A DNA stretch of 52,371 nucleotides from a virus (lineage: Duplodnaviria; Caudoviricetes): positions 1 to 52,371 of the IMG/VR virus record IMGVR_UViG_3300027749_000147; one strand, 5' to 3'. The translations under genes were made by a program, and so were the position numbers. Below the pieces are notes generated by a model, which was given only the letters and a program-made list of their open reading frames with translations, ran no database searches and was not told the origin of the DNA. Below are positions 8,536 to 16,869 of the stretch, one piece after another. The stretch's first letter is position 1; each line of letters starts with the position of its first letter.

Positions 8536-8570
8536 AGTATACCAACCTGTACTGACAAAAGCACACTAAA
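8536..8570 (-). promoter_or_regulatory. TTTAG-N24-TATACT promoter; probably gives a leaderless RHH mRNA
   Basis: TGG-TATACT extended -10 lies 6 nt before the ATG; TTTAG is 24 nt upstream of the -10. Confidence 0.6.
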
Positions 8571-8571
8571 G

Positions 8572-8645
8572 TGCCTTGGGAGGGATTCGAACCCACACTG
8601 TACGGTGTTTGAGACCGCGTTCTCTACCAGTTGGAATACCAAGGC
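8572..8645 (-). tRNA. tRNA-Leu(CAA), short variable arm, CCA not encoded
   Basis: GCCTTGG/CCAAGGC acceptor stem; GCGGT-CTCAAAC-ACCGT anticodon arm; TTCGAAT T-loop. Confidence 0.85.
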
Positions 8646-8646
8646 G

Positions 8647-8719
8647 TACCCCCTGCTGGATTCGAACCAGCGACACGCAGGGTAGAAACCTGCTGCTCTA
8701 TCCCCTGAGCTAAGGGGGC
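8647..8719 (-). tRNA. tRNA-Arg(UCU), CCA not encoded
   Basis: GCCCCCT/AGGGGGT acceptor stem; GCTC/GAGC D-stem; GCAGG-TTTCTAC-CCTGC; GCTGG-TTCGAAT-CCAGC. Confidence 0.92.
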
Positions 8720-8720
8720 T

Positions 8721-8795
8721 TGGCTCCCGCTAGTGGATTCGAACCAATAACCTGCCGATTAACAGTCGGCTGCTCTGCCATTGAGCTAAGCGGGA
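8721..8795 (-). tRNA. tRNA-Asn(GUU) with encoded CCA
   Basis: TCCCGCT/AGCGGGA acceptor stem; GCCGA-CTGTTAA-TCGGC; G73 followed by CCA. Confidence 0.93.
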
Positions 8796-8808
8796 TGGTA
8801 TTCCTATT

Positions 8809-9267
8809 CTAATACCAATTGTGGTTGTTCCAGAAACCAAGTGCTTGGCATGGTGTTCCATACCGTTTCTTGATGTACCTTAGACCCCAGTTAATTTGAG
8901 TACTTGGGCTGGACTGCCAACCTTTACCCATCTTATTTCCTGGTAGTGCTTGAGGTATACCATGAGCACCTGACGAGTGGTTATGTGCAGTAACATGCCA
9001 ACCACTTTCATTAGTCCATAGTGTGTGTAAACAAGCGAACTGAGCCCCACACCAATCGTATCTAGCCGCCATAGTTGCTTGGGCTAGTCTCTTGTTATAT
9101 GTGGGTGATGCGTAGAGTACACGAGTGTACGACCTAGATGCGGCTTGCGTCTTGCATATTTTATGTTTCGCATTAGCGTTAGCCTGACCCTGGGCTATAG
9201 GTAGCGATACTAGCAAGCTAGTAAGAAGCGCTATAGCGGTGGTCAGACGTTTGGTTTTGTCTAACAT
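8809..9267 (-). CDS. exported or membrane-anchored lytic transglycosylase (SLT/lysozyme-like, actinobacterial type)
   Basis: N-terminal hydrophobic signal. CL..LW..ESGW...A.N.SSGA.GIPQALP...QI.WGL.YI..RYG.PC.A...W...NWY. Start uncertain (9267 or 9303). Confidence 0.85.
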   Translation of the reverse strand: MLDKTKRLTTAIALLTSLLVSLPIAQGQANANAKHKICKTQAASRSYTRVLYASPTYNKRLAQATMAARYDWCGAQFACLHTLWTNESGWHVTAHNHSSGAHGIPQALPGNKMGKGWQSSPSTQINWGLRYIKKRYGTPCQALGFWNNHNWY

Positions 9268-9309
9268 TACTTCCACCCTATCAAATAATTGGGTGGAGTT
9301 CAACCTGAC

Positions 9310-10896
9310 TTATACAGAAGAAGATAGTATGAACTGACGTAAAGTACCAAGATTTAATTCAACCCCACCCTTATCATCAATCCCTTCACCATCAATAACC
9401 GCATTAGCCACAGAACTTTTCTGCTGTAATGCAGAGTGCTGGCGTGCTTCAATCGAATTGGCTACCAAAAGGTCTTGAATTACAATAGTTTCCCAGGTGC
9501 TGGAGGCTCGTTTAATTCGTCCATTTCTTTGTACTGCAAGTCCCGACGACCAGGGTAGGTCATAATTAACCAGAAGATTGGCGGCAGGAAGGTCCACGCC
9601 ATAACCACCAGCGTCACTACTGACCAGAACCCGTATCGATGAGTTAGTGTTGAAAGCAATTTTATTGTCCTCCTTGGTTTTTGCGTCTAATCTGCCAGTA
9701 TATGTCTTGGCTATATCTTCACCTAATGCTTTTTGAATCAGGTCAACCATATCTACATACGTAGCAAATATAACAACTTTGTTATCTTCTCGTTGTGACA
9801 AGAAATCTTTTACGTACTCAATTAAAGTATCAAACTTATTAGCAGAGTTAACGCCGTCTAAGTGTCCGCCGTCTAGTAGTTCGTAAGCGTATGATGAACC
9901 ATCGCCAGTCATGTTCTTAAATTTTTCTGCGCTAATCTTTACCAATTCTGGATGGGAGCATAGCATCTTAAGGCATCCAACTTTAGACATAATTGCCCCC
10001 CGTACCTCATCTGCCCTACCCCCCTTGTTTGACTCATATCCGTAGTGGGACAACAGATTAAACGACTTACCAAATAAATCCTGAGCATTGTCTAGGTCTT
10101 GGATAAGGTCTCCAGATATTTTCTTGTATAGTTTTGCAGACTTGCGGTCTAGGTGTACAAGCAGTGGGTCTTTATGAATAGATTCTGGAAGGTACGGAGC
10201 AACGTCAGGGTCCTTCTGTGATTTACGCACAGAAGCCTCTTTCATTTTTGTATGTAGCGTAGGTAAATTTCTATACCTATCAACACCGCCCCAAGTATTA
10301 CGGACAATAAATGCTGAGTCAAAAATGTCAAAGCGTCCTAGCACTTCCTTATCTACAAACTGCATGATTGAATACAACTCTTCTGGCTTACCGTTTTCAA
10401 TTGGGGTTCCAGTAAGAGCAAACTTAATAGGCGCGTCAATAAGTTTCTTTACCTGCTTAGAGCGCTTAGACTTAAATGATTTAATAGCGGTGGCTTCATC
10501 AAGAACCACAAAACCGCGTGGAAGTTTTCTAACGTACTCCCAGTCATTGACTACCTGTTCGTAGTTCATAATTACGTAATCAACTTGTGTGTTATGCCAG
10601 TTCATAGCCTGAGCATACTGAGCCTGACGTTGCTTAGGTGTCCCATCAATAACTACTGAAAACGATGTGTGCTCGGTGAACTTGTCAATAGAGTTAGCCC
10701 ACTGGTACTTCAAACTGGACAGGCAAATGATAAGCCCTGGCTCTGTTATTTTCCCCTCGTCCATTAACTGTTCTAACGCGGCAATAGTTAGAACGGTTTT
10801 GCCGAGACCGAGGTCGTATGCTACGAGCATTTTTTTCTGCTCGCACATACGCTCCACGGCTTCGACTTGGTACGGGAATAGCGTACCTGTAAACAT
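9310..10896 (-). CDS. SNF2-family SF2 helicase
   Basis: YQ, DLGLGKT, VLDEAT, ALTGTPIEN, AGGYGVDL and QRNGRIKR. Confidence 0.9.
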   Translation of the reverse strand: MFTGTLFPYQVEAVERMCEQKKMLVAYDLGLGKTVLTIAALEQLMDEGKITEPGLIICLSSLKYQWANSIDKFTEHTSFSVVIDGTPKQRQAQYAQAMNWHNTQVDYVIMNYEQVVNDWEYVRKLPRGFVVLDEATAIKSFKSKRSKQVKKLIDAPIKFALTGTPIENGKPEELYSIMQFVDKEVLGRFDIFDSAFIVRNTWGGVDRYRNLPTLHTKMKEASVRKSQKDPDVAPYLPESIHKDPLLVHLDRKSAKLYKKISGDLIQDLDNAQDLFGKSFNLLSHYGYESNKGGRADEVRGAIMSKVGCLKMLCSHPELVKISAEKFKNMTGDGSSYAYELLDGGHLDGVNSANKFDTLIEYVKDFLSQREDNKVVIFATYVDMVDLIQKALGEDIAKTYTGRLDAKTKEDNKIAFNTNSSIRVLVSSDAGGYGVDLPAANLLVNYDLPWSSGLAVQRNGRIKRASSTWETIVIQDLLVANSIEARQHSALQQKSSVANAVIDGEGIDDKGGVELNLGTLRQFILSSSV

Positions 10897-11519
10897 TACT
10901 TTTTCTTCGCTGGGGCTTTCTTGACAGGCTTTGCTGGAGCCTTCTTCACTGGCTTTTTAGCAGGAGCCTTAGCAGGTTTCTTTGCTGGAGCTTTCTTTAC
11001 AGGAGGCTTAGCAACACCTGGCTTACCACCTGCAATTGTTGTAGTAGCGACTGGTGCTAGAGGCTCTACAACCTTAGGTGGCTGATAATCAATAACAAAC
11101 TGCGGGTCTACATCGTTGGTCTTAGACCAGAAACGAGAAGTCTGGACTTCAAAGTGTAAGTGAGGACCTGAGACATTACCCTCAGCGCCTGACTTACCAA
11201 TAACTTGTCCAGCCTTAACTTTGTCGCCAATCTTTACATATGACTTAGAGCCATGAGCAAGAATTGCGTAGTAGGTACGAGCAGGAAGTAGTGGTGAACG
11301 CTTTGCAGTGAACTGCAGAATAATTTCAAAGCGACCAAAGGCTGTGCCCCAACCGCCTTGTACGCCTACGCCAACAACAACTGCGTCAATAGGTGCATAC
11401 AAGTCTGTGCCAATCGGACAAGCATAGTCAACTCCTTGGTGGTGTCCAGAAGACCACATGGGTCCACGCTTGCCATAGGGCGTAGTGATTCTATAATTAC
11501 TTGGTACTGGTGCTACCAT
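10896..11519 (-). CDS. M23 metallopeptidase (endolysin-like) with a Lys/Ala/Pro repeat tail
   Basis: HQGVD (HxxxD) and GPHLHFEV; C-terminal KKAPAK repeats. Confidence 0.88.
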   Translation of the reverse strand: MVAPVPSNYRITTPYGKRGPMWSSGHHQGVDYACPIGTDLYAPIDAVVVGVGVQGGWGTAFGRFEIILQFTAKRSPLLPARTYYAILAHGSKSYVKIGDKVKAGQVIGKSGAEGNVSGPHLHFEVQTSRFWSKTNDVDPQFVIDYQPPKVVEPLAPVATTTIAGGKPGVAKPPVKKAPAKKPAKAPAKKPVKKAPAKPVKKAPAKKK

Positions 11520-11544
11520 TTATTTCTCCTAATATTGATATAAA

Positions 11545-12483
11545 TTAAACTACATCTTTCCATAATGAGTATCGGATAGAGTGCACTGCTGAGTCTATAC
11601 CATTTAGTATTTCTTGTCTACTCATGGCTCCAATATCCTTTACATCAGAGTCACCGTAGTTAAAGAACCACGCATCTTTCTCTAGTTCTAATAGGCTAGT
11701 TAATACCTGAGAAGATGCGTATTGACCAGCTTGGTCATTGTCCATAGCAATTATAACTCTATCGGCAGACTTTAATAATCTAATCTGTTCCTCTGATACA
11801 GATGTACCAAAACTGGCAACTCCACCAGATATACCTACGGATTCAAGACGCACTACATCTAACGGAGACTCAACAAGAATCATATCTCCACCTATGTACT
11901 TGTCGTATCCAAATAAAGATAGGCTCTTTTGCATACCTTGTGGTTGGTTTCTGAAGTATCTACCTACGAAACCTTTTTCCTGCCAACCCATTAACTTTTT
12001 GCTCTCTGGGTCTCGGATAGGAATAATCCAGTTCTCTCGTAGACTGTCCCATAGAATTTCGTGCAGGTACGCCGCATCCTGAGTTAAACCACGTGAGCGC
12101 AATGCGTGAGATGGCGGCTCTACAAAAGCAGCAAGTGTTGCTTCTGATACGTAAACCAGTTCTTCAAACACTTCTTTCTTCTTAGTCAATGCGCGCTCAA
12201 GCGCTTCACTAAGTTCTCCACCTACGTTTATCCACTCTTTGGCTTCGTCTAAAGTTTCAAAACCATTTAGATAACTGACTAGAGACTGTAGGCTTCCTTT
12301 AAACTGGCAAGAAAAACAAATGTGTGCACCTGTTTCAGAGTTTATGTACCAAGATGGGTTGCGGTCTACTTTACCTGTACGAACCTCATGCCCTGGGCAG
12401 TAACCTTGAATCTCATCTCCACGTGAGCCAACATACTCAACACCTAAACGGTCAAGTACGCCTTCCATCTCATCTACTGTCAT
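11545..12483 (-). CDS. dnaG: DNA primase (CHC2 Zn finger + Toprim)
   Basis: CPGH...CFSC, LVESPLD and AMDNDQAG. Confidence 0.9.
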   Translation of the reverse strand: MTVDEMEGVLDRLGVEYVGSRGDEIQGYCPGHEVRTGKVDRNPSWYINSETGAHICFSCQFKGSLQSLVSYLNGFETLDEAKEWINVGGELSEALERALTKKKEVFEELVYVSEATLAAFVEPPSHALRSRGLTQDAAYLHEILWDSLRENWIIPIRDPESKKLMGWQEKGFVGRYFRNQPQGMQKSLSLFGYDKYIGGDMILVESPLDVVRLESVGISGGVASFGTSVSEEQIRLLKSADRVIIAMDNDQAGQYASSQVLTSLLELEKDAWFFNYGDSDVKDIGAMSRQEILNGIDSAVHSIRYSLWKDVV

Positions 12484-12593
12484 TCCCAGTCCTCCACATA
12501 TCTACTCCCCATTGGTATTGTGTTTTCTGGAAGTTTTGTTCCTTTAGCCCAAACTTCAACTTTGTGTAAAAACCAATTAACTATAATTCTCAT
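12480..12593 (-). CDS. 37-aa hypothetical micropeptide between helicase and primase
   Basis: MRIIVNWFLHKVEVWAKGTKLPENTIPMGSRYVEDWE. TAATG overlap with the dnaB stop and ATGA overlap with the primase start. Confidence 0.55.
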   Translation of the reverse strand: MRIIVNWFLHKVEVWAKGTKLPENTIPMGSRYVEDWE

Positions 12594-13822
12594 TAGTAAT
12601 CATCTCCACTAATCTCTCGGAAGTCACCTGTATTCCAGTCCCAAACCATAGACACTTCCATAGGTCCACAGTTACGGCTGGCAAGCACCTTAAGGATACG
12701 CATATCGTCTACGTTCTCGTCTTCACGTTGTAGACCAAACAGCACGTCAGCATCCTGTAAGAACGATGATGAGTAACCAACAGAGTCAGCAGTTACTTGA
12801 CCCTTGTTCATCTTCCATTTCAAAGCCTGTGTAGAAACCACAATAGGAATCTCAGCCGTCTGAGCAAGACGCTTTAACGAGCGGGTGATATTAGTTAGAG
12901 CAATAGGAGTGTTAGCTTCACCAGACTGTTCGTCCTTCATAAGGTATACGCCATCAAGGAATAATACATCTGGCTTCAATGATTGAATCTTATTAGCAAT
13001 ACCACTTACTGTTAGCGCATTAGATGACTCTGTAAGCCAAAACCTAGTATCCATCTTAGAGATACTTTTCAACTTTGCTTGATAACGAGTCTCTTCCTCT
13101 GGTGTAAGTGCTCCTGTAGATAGTCGATGATGGGATACACGAGAACGCATAGAGTCATATCTGGTAACTTGTTCAGAGTTCAACATCTCAAAAGATTGAA
13201 ACACTGGAGAGTACCCAGACAAGTGAACATTATTAGCAATCTGCATAGCAAGTGTTGACTTACCTGTCTTAGGTGGTGCAACAACAACAATCAACTGACC
13301 TTTTTGCAAACCACTAGTTGCCGCATCAATGGTGGCAAATCCTGTAGGTATACCACGTAGACCGTTTGGTAGACTCTTACGCTCAAGGTATTCTTCCCAG
13401 CGCTTCTCTGCATCTTTGGTCAAGTCTAAGTCAGATGAACCAGACAGACCGTTTCCCTGCAGTGCACTAAGACCTACTTGAATACTTTCAACTGCAGCGC
13501 TGTAGTCTTTTCTTTGCTCTATGTCCTCAATAGCAGTACGCATGAAATCATGCACTACTGCTTTCTTCTTTGCTTCTATAATCTGGTCAATTAAAAAGAA
13601 AGGATTGTCTGTTACATGGTGAAAGGTGTAGGTAGGAAAATTATCAGTAAGCACATCCATACTAGGCAACTGCCCGTACTTAGAGTTGTGCTCACGTAAG
13701 AACTTCCAAATCCTCTGCTCTAAAGCATTTGTAAACCAGTCGTCCTGAACACCGCGTTCAAACATTGGTGTTAGGTCTTGGTCTTGTATAGCCCGATTAA
13801 TTAGTTCTGTTTCGTAGTTCAT
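12593..13822 (-). CDS. dnaB: DnaB-like replicative helicase
   Basis: GIPTGF..ID..TSGLQ.GQL, APPKTGKS, SFEM, FLDGVYLM and QDADV. Confidence 0.92.
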   Translation of the reverse strand: MNYETELINRAIQDQDLTPMFERGVQDDWFTNALEQRIWKFLREHNSKYGQLPSMDVLTDNFPTYTFHHVTDNPFFLIDQIIEAKKKAVVHDFMRTAIEDIEQRKDYSAAVESIQVGLSALQGNGLSGSSDLDLTKDAEKRWEEYLERKSLPNGLRGIPTGFATIDAATSGLQKGQLIVVVAPPKTGKSTLAMQIANNVHLSGYSPVFQSFEMLNSEQVTRYDSMRSRVSHHRLSTGALTPEEETRYQAKLKSISKMDTRFWLTESSNALTVSGIANKIQSLKPDVLFLDGVYLMKDEQSGEANTPIALTNITRSLKRLAQTAEIPIVVSTQALKWKMNKGQVTADSVGYSSSFLQDADVLFGLQREDENVDDMRILKVLASRNCGPMEVSMVWDWNTGDFREISGDDY

Positions 13823-13830
13823 ATTGTTCC

Positions 13831-14226
13831 TTAAAGGTCTATGCCCCAGTGACCATACATCAGTTGGTTTGCTGGGTCAAGTACGCCGATTACTTCTGGT
13901 CTAAATGGTAAGTCTGCCACTAATTTACGTGGTGATTTATAGTATGAGAATCCTCGGAATGGGTTTAACCCAGCCCTGTCTAACTCGTTATACATAATCT
14001 CTAGTTCATCATAATCATGCTCAAAAGATATTAGCTCTAACGTAACCATACGTTGAGTAGTAAATTGGTATAACTTATTAAGCATAAATTTGTCATACTG
14101 GTGCTCTGTCTTAACAACTGGGAAGAACTTAAACTTCTTCTCGATATGTTGTTTCTTTACAAACACAAGTTCTTCTGCAACCAGTACACGCTTAGGAGTG
14201 TTGTTACTGATATCCCCTTTGTACAT
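13831..14226 (-). CDS. hypothetical protein
   Basis: 131 aa ORF inside the replication operon. Confidence 0.7.
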   Translation of the reverse strand: MYKGDISNNTPKRVLVAEELVFVKKQHIEKKFKFFPVVKTEHQYDKFMLNKLYQFTTQRMVTLELISFEHDYDELEIMYNELDRAGLNPFRGFSYYKSPRKLVADLPFRPEVIGVLDPANQLMYGHWGIDL

Positions 14227-14228
14227 TT

Positions 14229-14537
14229 TTAACAGACCTCTATTTTTCCATATTTAATTATAAACCTACGAAAATCTTCAGGTGAATCCTGTGCTTTATC
14301 AGCATCTTCTGGAGTACAACGACTTGATATTTCTAATGGGTAAGTGCCCTTGTTACTATCAACCCTAGCCTTTACAAACTTTACATGTTTGCAGTTATTT
14401 CTACCGTTGAACCCTGGACAAGTACACATAAACTCTTTGTCTTTTGTAATACTTACTTCATAGATACCAGGACCTGGTTCCATAGACTGACTAAGGAACA
14501 ACTGTACTACACGTGTGTCTTTCATCGTACCCTCCAT
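14229..14537 (-). CDS. SWIM zinc-finger protein
   Basis: YEV......CTCPGF.....CKH (CxC...CxH). Confidence 0.8.
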   Translation of the reverse strand: MEGTMKDTRVVQLFLSQSMEPGPGIYEVSITKDKEFMCTCPGFNGRNNCKHVKFVKARVDSNKGTYPLEISSRCTPEDADKAQDSPEDFRRFIIKYGKIEVC

Positions 14538-15226
14538 TATCGTCTCAAGTCTCCCTTGGTAGATTGTAGTTCAATAATTGCAAAAGCTTCGCGTATGAAA
14601 CTTTCAGTTGCATTACCGTACGCTGCATCCCAAGCATCTACTGCAAGGTTTGTAGTAATAATAGTTGGTAAACCATTATTGAACCTAGTACGAAGAAGGT
14701 GGTGAAGCATAGAACGTTGCCACCCTGTACCAGAAGTGTGCTCTTTACCTACGTCATCAATAACTAATACACGTACGTTATAAGCATCATCTTTACATTC
14801 GCCGTGCATACCTAGGAACAGGCGTTCTTGCTCGTCGGTATGTTCACCCATTAGAGCACCTTTTAAGTCAATGATATCATTAAATGTGGCAAAGTAACAT
14901 GGAGTCACAAGCGCTTTATTTGACTCTACAGAGAACGCATCTAAAGGAAAAGTCCTAATCATTTCTTGAATAATAGCTAAAGCAAACGTAGTTTTACCGT
15001 GACCTGGTTCGCCTACAAGAAGTAACCCCTTGCCACAAGTCTTCTTACCTTCTGCACGAATCACAGAACCGTCGCGTACTTTATCAATCCAAGCTTTAGC
15101 AAGCGACATATCGTTCTTGGTTATTTCTTTGCAATCTGATAGTTCCCAACCCATACGTGCTTTAGGAAGACCAGCAACTTGAACCCAAGACCGCCTACGT
15201 ACAGGCAACTCATCTGTCTTAATCAT
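14537..15226 (-). CDS. DnaC/IstB-like AAA+ helicase loader
   Basis: GLLLVGEPGHGKT, LVIDDVGKE and R.....PTIITTN. Confidence 0.85.
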   Translation of the reverse strand: MIKTDELPVRRRSWVQVAGLPKARMGWELSDCKEITKNDMSLAKAWIDKVRDGSVIRAEGKKTCGKGLLLVGEPGHGKTTFALAIIQEMIRTFPLDAFSVESNKALVTPCYFATFNDIIDLKGALMGEHTDEQERLFLGMHGECKDDAYNVRVLVIDDVGKEHTSGTGWQRSMLHHLLRTRFNNGLPTIITTNLAVDAWDAAYGNATESFIREAFAIIELQSTKGDLRR

Positions 15227-15365
15227 TGTTAACCTCCTGCGACTTGCGTATGTAAGCGTTTATTCTATCCATAGTTTCTCTGGTAAGACCAGCAGTAAGC
15301 ATCTGACTCTCAATATTTTCTTGCTCTTCAGCAATACGTAGAGCCTCATCTTTCATGTTACTCAT
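15219..15365 (-). CDS. small hypothetical protein, about 48 aa
   Basis: Start at ATG 15365 with a GGAG SD; overlaps both neighbours. Confidence 0.55.
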   Translation of the reverse strand: MSNMKDEALRIAEEQENIESQMLTAGLTRETMDRINAYIRKSQEVNND

Positions 15366-16260
15366 ATAACCACTCCTGTGATTTCTTAGCAGATACTTGT
15401 GCATCTTCTAACTGTTCTTCTGTACGAACCATTCCCCGAGCCTGAGTTAAATAGTTTGGAGAACGTTTAATAAACATCTTCCATAGCATTTCTCCATTAT
15501 CGTATTTATCCAAATCGACTGTAGAAAAAAACATATCTAAAAGGATTAATTCAATCTCACCATTGGTGTCGTGCTGTTTCCTAAACGTACCAAGAGCCTG
15601 GCTAAACCTACTTCCTCTAACTGACCAAGGTTTGATATGCCACTTAGCTTGAATTCTGGCACCAAACTCATAAGCAACATCACTGCAAGTCCACTGGGAA
15701 GGGTGTATATCCTGCCGTTTAATTAACTTCTCTGTACGTGCTTCTTCCTTAGCCGCATCGTATTCGGCTTTCTTAAACTTCTGTGCTTGAGCCCGTTCAT
15801 CTAACTTGTCGCTAGAGACGTTGGTCTCAAAGAGTCCACCCCATGACATATCCGCTACCTCCAATTCTACTTTCTCAAAAGTTTCCTCACGGGGTCCCCC
15901 CGTGTATTCCTTACTAATTAAGCTACTTATATAACTAGTACTAGTTAGCTCACTCTGCTGAGACAGGGGGGTGGAAAATCCCTCTCCTGTGATGGACTTT
16001 ACGGGAGTGGGAAAACCCCGCTCTTGTAAGTACTCAATTCCCTCAGCAGTGACCCAACTTTCTGTCTGAAATCTACCACCAATCTTACTGATATCTGTGG
16101 CAATAAATCCTATATCACGAAGTTCTTTTAATACTCGCTTAAAGAAATCCTCACCCTGCCTCTTAATGCCTCTAAAACGGCGCACAAGGGCAGGAGATGT
16201 TGGGTGCACGTCTTCGTACACACAGACGCTTAAAACGCCTGTAGCTTCCGCTGAAATCAT
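15358..16260 (-). CDS. putative replication initiator (N-terminal wHTH, internal origin-like linker)
   Basis: ...VLKELRDIGFI wHTH-like helix/wing; GFPTP/GFSTP repeats followed by a low-complexity Ser-rich linker; upstream of the loader and DnaB. Confidence 0.6.
   Translation of the reverse strand: MISAEATGVLSVCVYEDVHPTSPALVRRFRGIKRQGEDFFKRVLKELRDIGFIATDISKIGGRFQTESWVTAEGIEYLQERGFPTPVKSITGEGFSTPLSQQSELTSTSYISSLISKEYTGGPREETFEKVELEVADMSWGGLFETNVSSDKLDERAQAQKFKKAEYDAAKEEARTEKLIKRQDIHPSQWTCSDVAYEFGARIQAKWHIKPWSVRGSRFSQALGTFRKQHDTNGEIELILLDMFFSTVDLDKYDNGEMLWKMFIKRSPNYLTQARGMVRTEEQLEDAQVSAKKSQEWLYE
15905..16022. other. candidate replication origin inside the initiator gene
   Basis: Two imperfect GC-rich repeats (GGTGGAAAATCCC, AGTGGGAAAACCCC) next to an AT-rich tract containing the 16-bp perfect palindrome TAACTAGTACTAGTTA (15932-15947). 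Confidence 0.45.
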
Positions 16261-16799
16261 TTCTTGAGTACCCTGGCAAACTCTTCCGCAAAGATACTAG
16301 CAATAACACGCACAGCTTCGTATAGAGGGTCCTCGTACACGTCTTCTTCGGGCTCCTCGTCTGAGTCAGTAAGCATATCTAATAATTCATTATTATCTTC
16401 AATAACTTTCTCGATGAGTTCTGCAACGTGAGGTCGAGGGCGTTCAATTTTTTCTATGGTTTCTGATGGGCTTATCTCAACTAGACCGTTGGTAAGGTCA
16501 AATGCAGGTAGACCCTGTTCTTTAGCAGTCGCTAGAGCATTTACAGACTCGTCATCTTCGTCATCCCATAGGATAAAGAAGGCTGCGTTTTTATATGTTT
16601 CTAATGTATTACCAACTTCAACAGATATCTTTTTATCTGTTAGGTATTGTTTAGCCCACACCTGACCATCGGACTGTTTACCAGTCGAGATTAAGTGGAA
16701 CACTATTTCTTTGTTGGCATAAATGTAATCGTCAATCAGGGCTTCTACGTTTTCCCTGCTCGTCTTACCATTGCCAACCACTACGATGTTTTCGTACAT
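16257..16799 (-). CDS. hypothetical protein, Rossmann/SLOG-like N-terminus with an acidic C-terminus
   Basis: IVVVGNG start of a beta-alpha pattern; AAGGAG SD; first gene of the replication operon. Confidence 0.6.
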   Translation of the reverse strand: MYENIVVVGNGKTSRENVEALIDDYIYANKEIVFHLISTGKQSDGQVWAKQYLTDKKISVEVGNTLETYKNAAFFILWDDEDDESVNALATAKEQGLPAFDLTNGLVEISPSETIEKIERPRPHVAELIEKVIEDNNELLDMLTDSDEEPEEDVYEDPLYEAVRVIASIFAEEFARVLKK

Positions 16800-16827
16800 G
16801 TTGTCTCCTTAGACGGTTAGGAGATTT

Positions 16828-16855
16828 ATACTACACGTAGATTTTTGGTCGTCAA
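16828..16855 (-). promoter_or_regulatory. sigma-A-like promoter of the replication operon
   Basis: TTGACG-N16-TAGTAT. Shares GTGTAG.AT with the promoter at 8356-8384. Confidence 0.6.
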
Positions 16856-16869
16856 ATCAGAAGGTAGAT

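Noticed and set aside
8572-8795. tRNA cluster as an attP/att site or prophage boundary
   Set aside because: No integrase or duplicated tRNA 3' end is seen, and phage genes continue on both sides.
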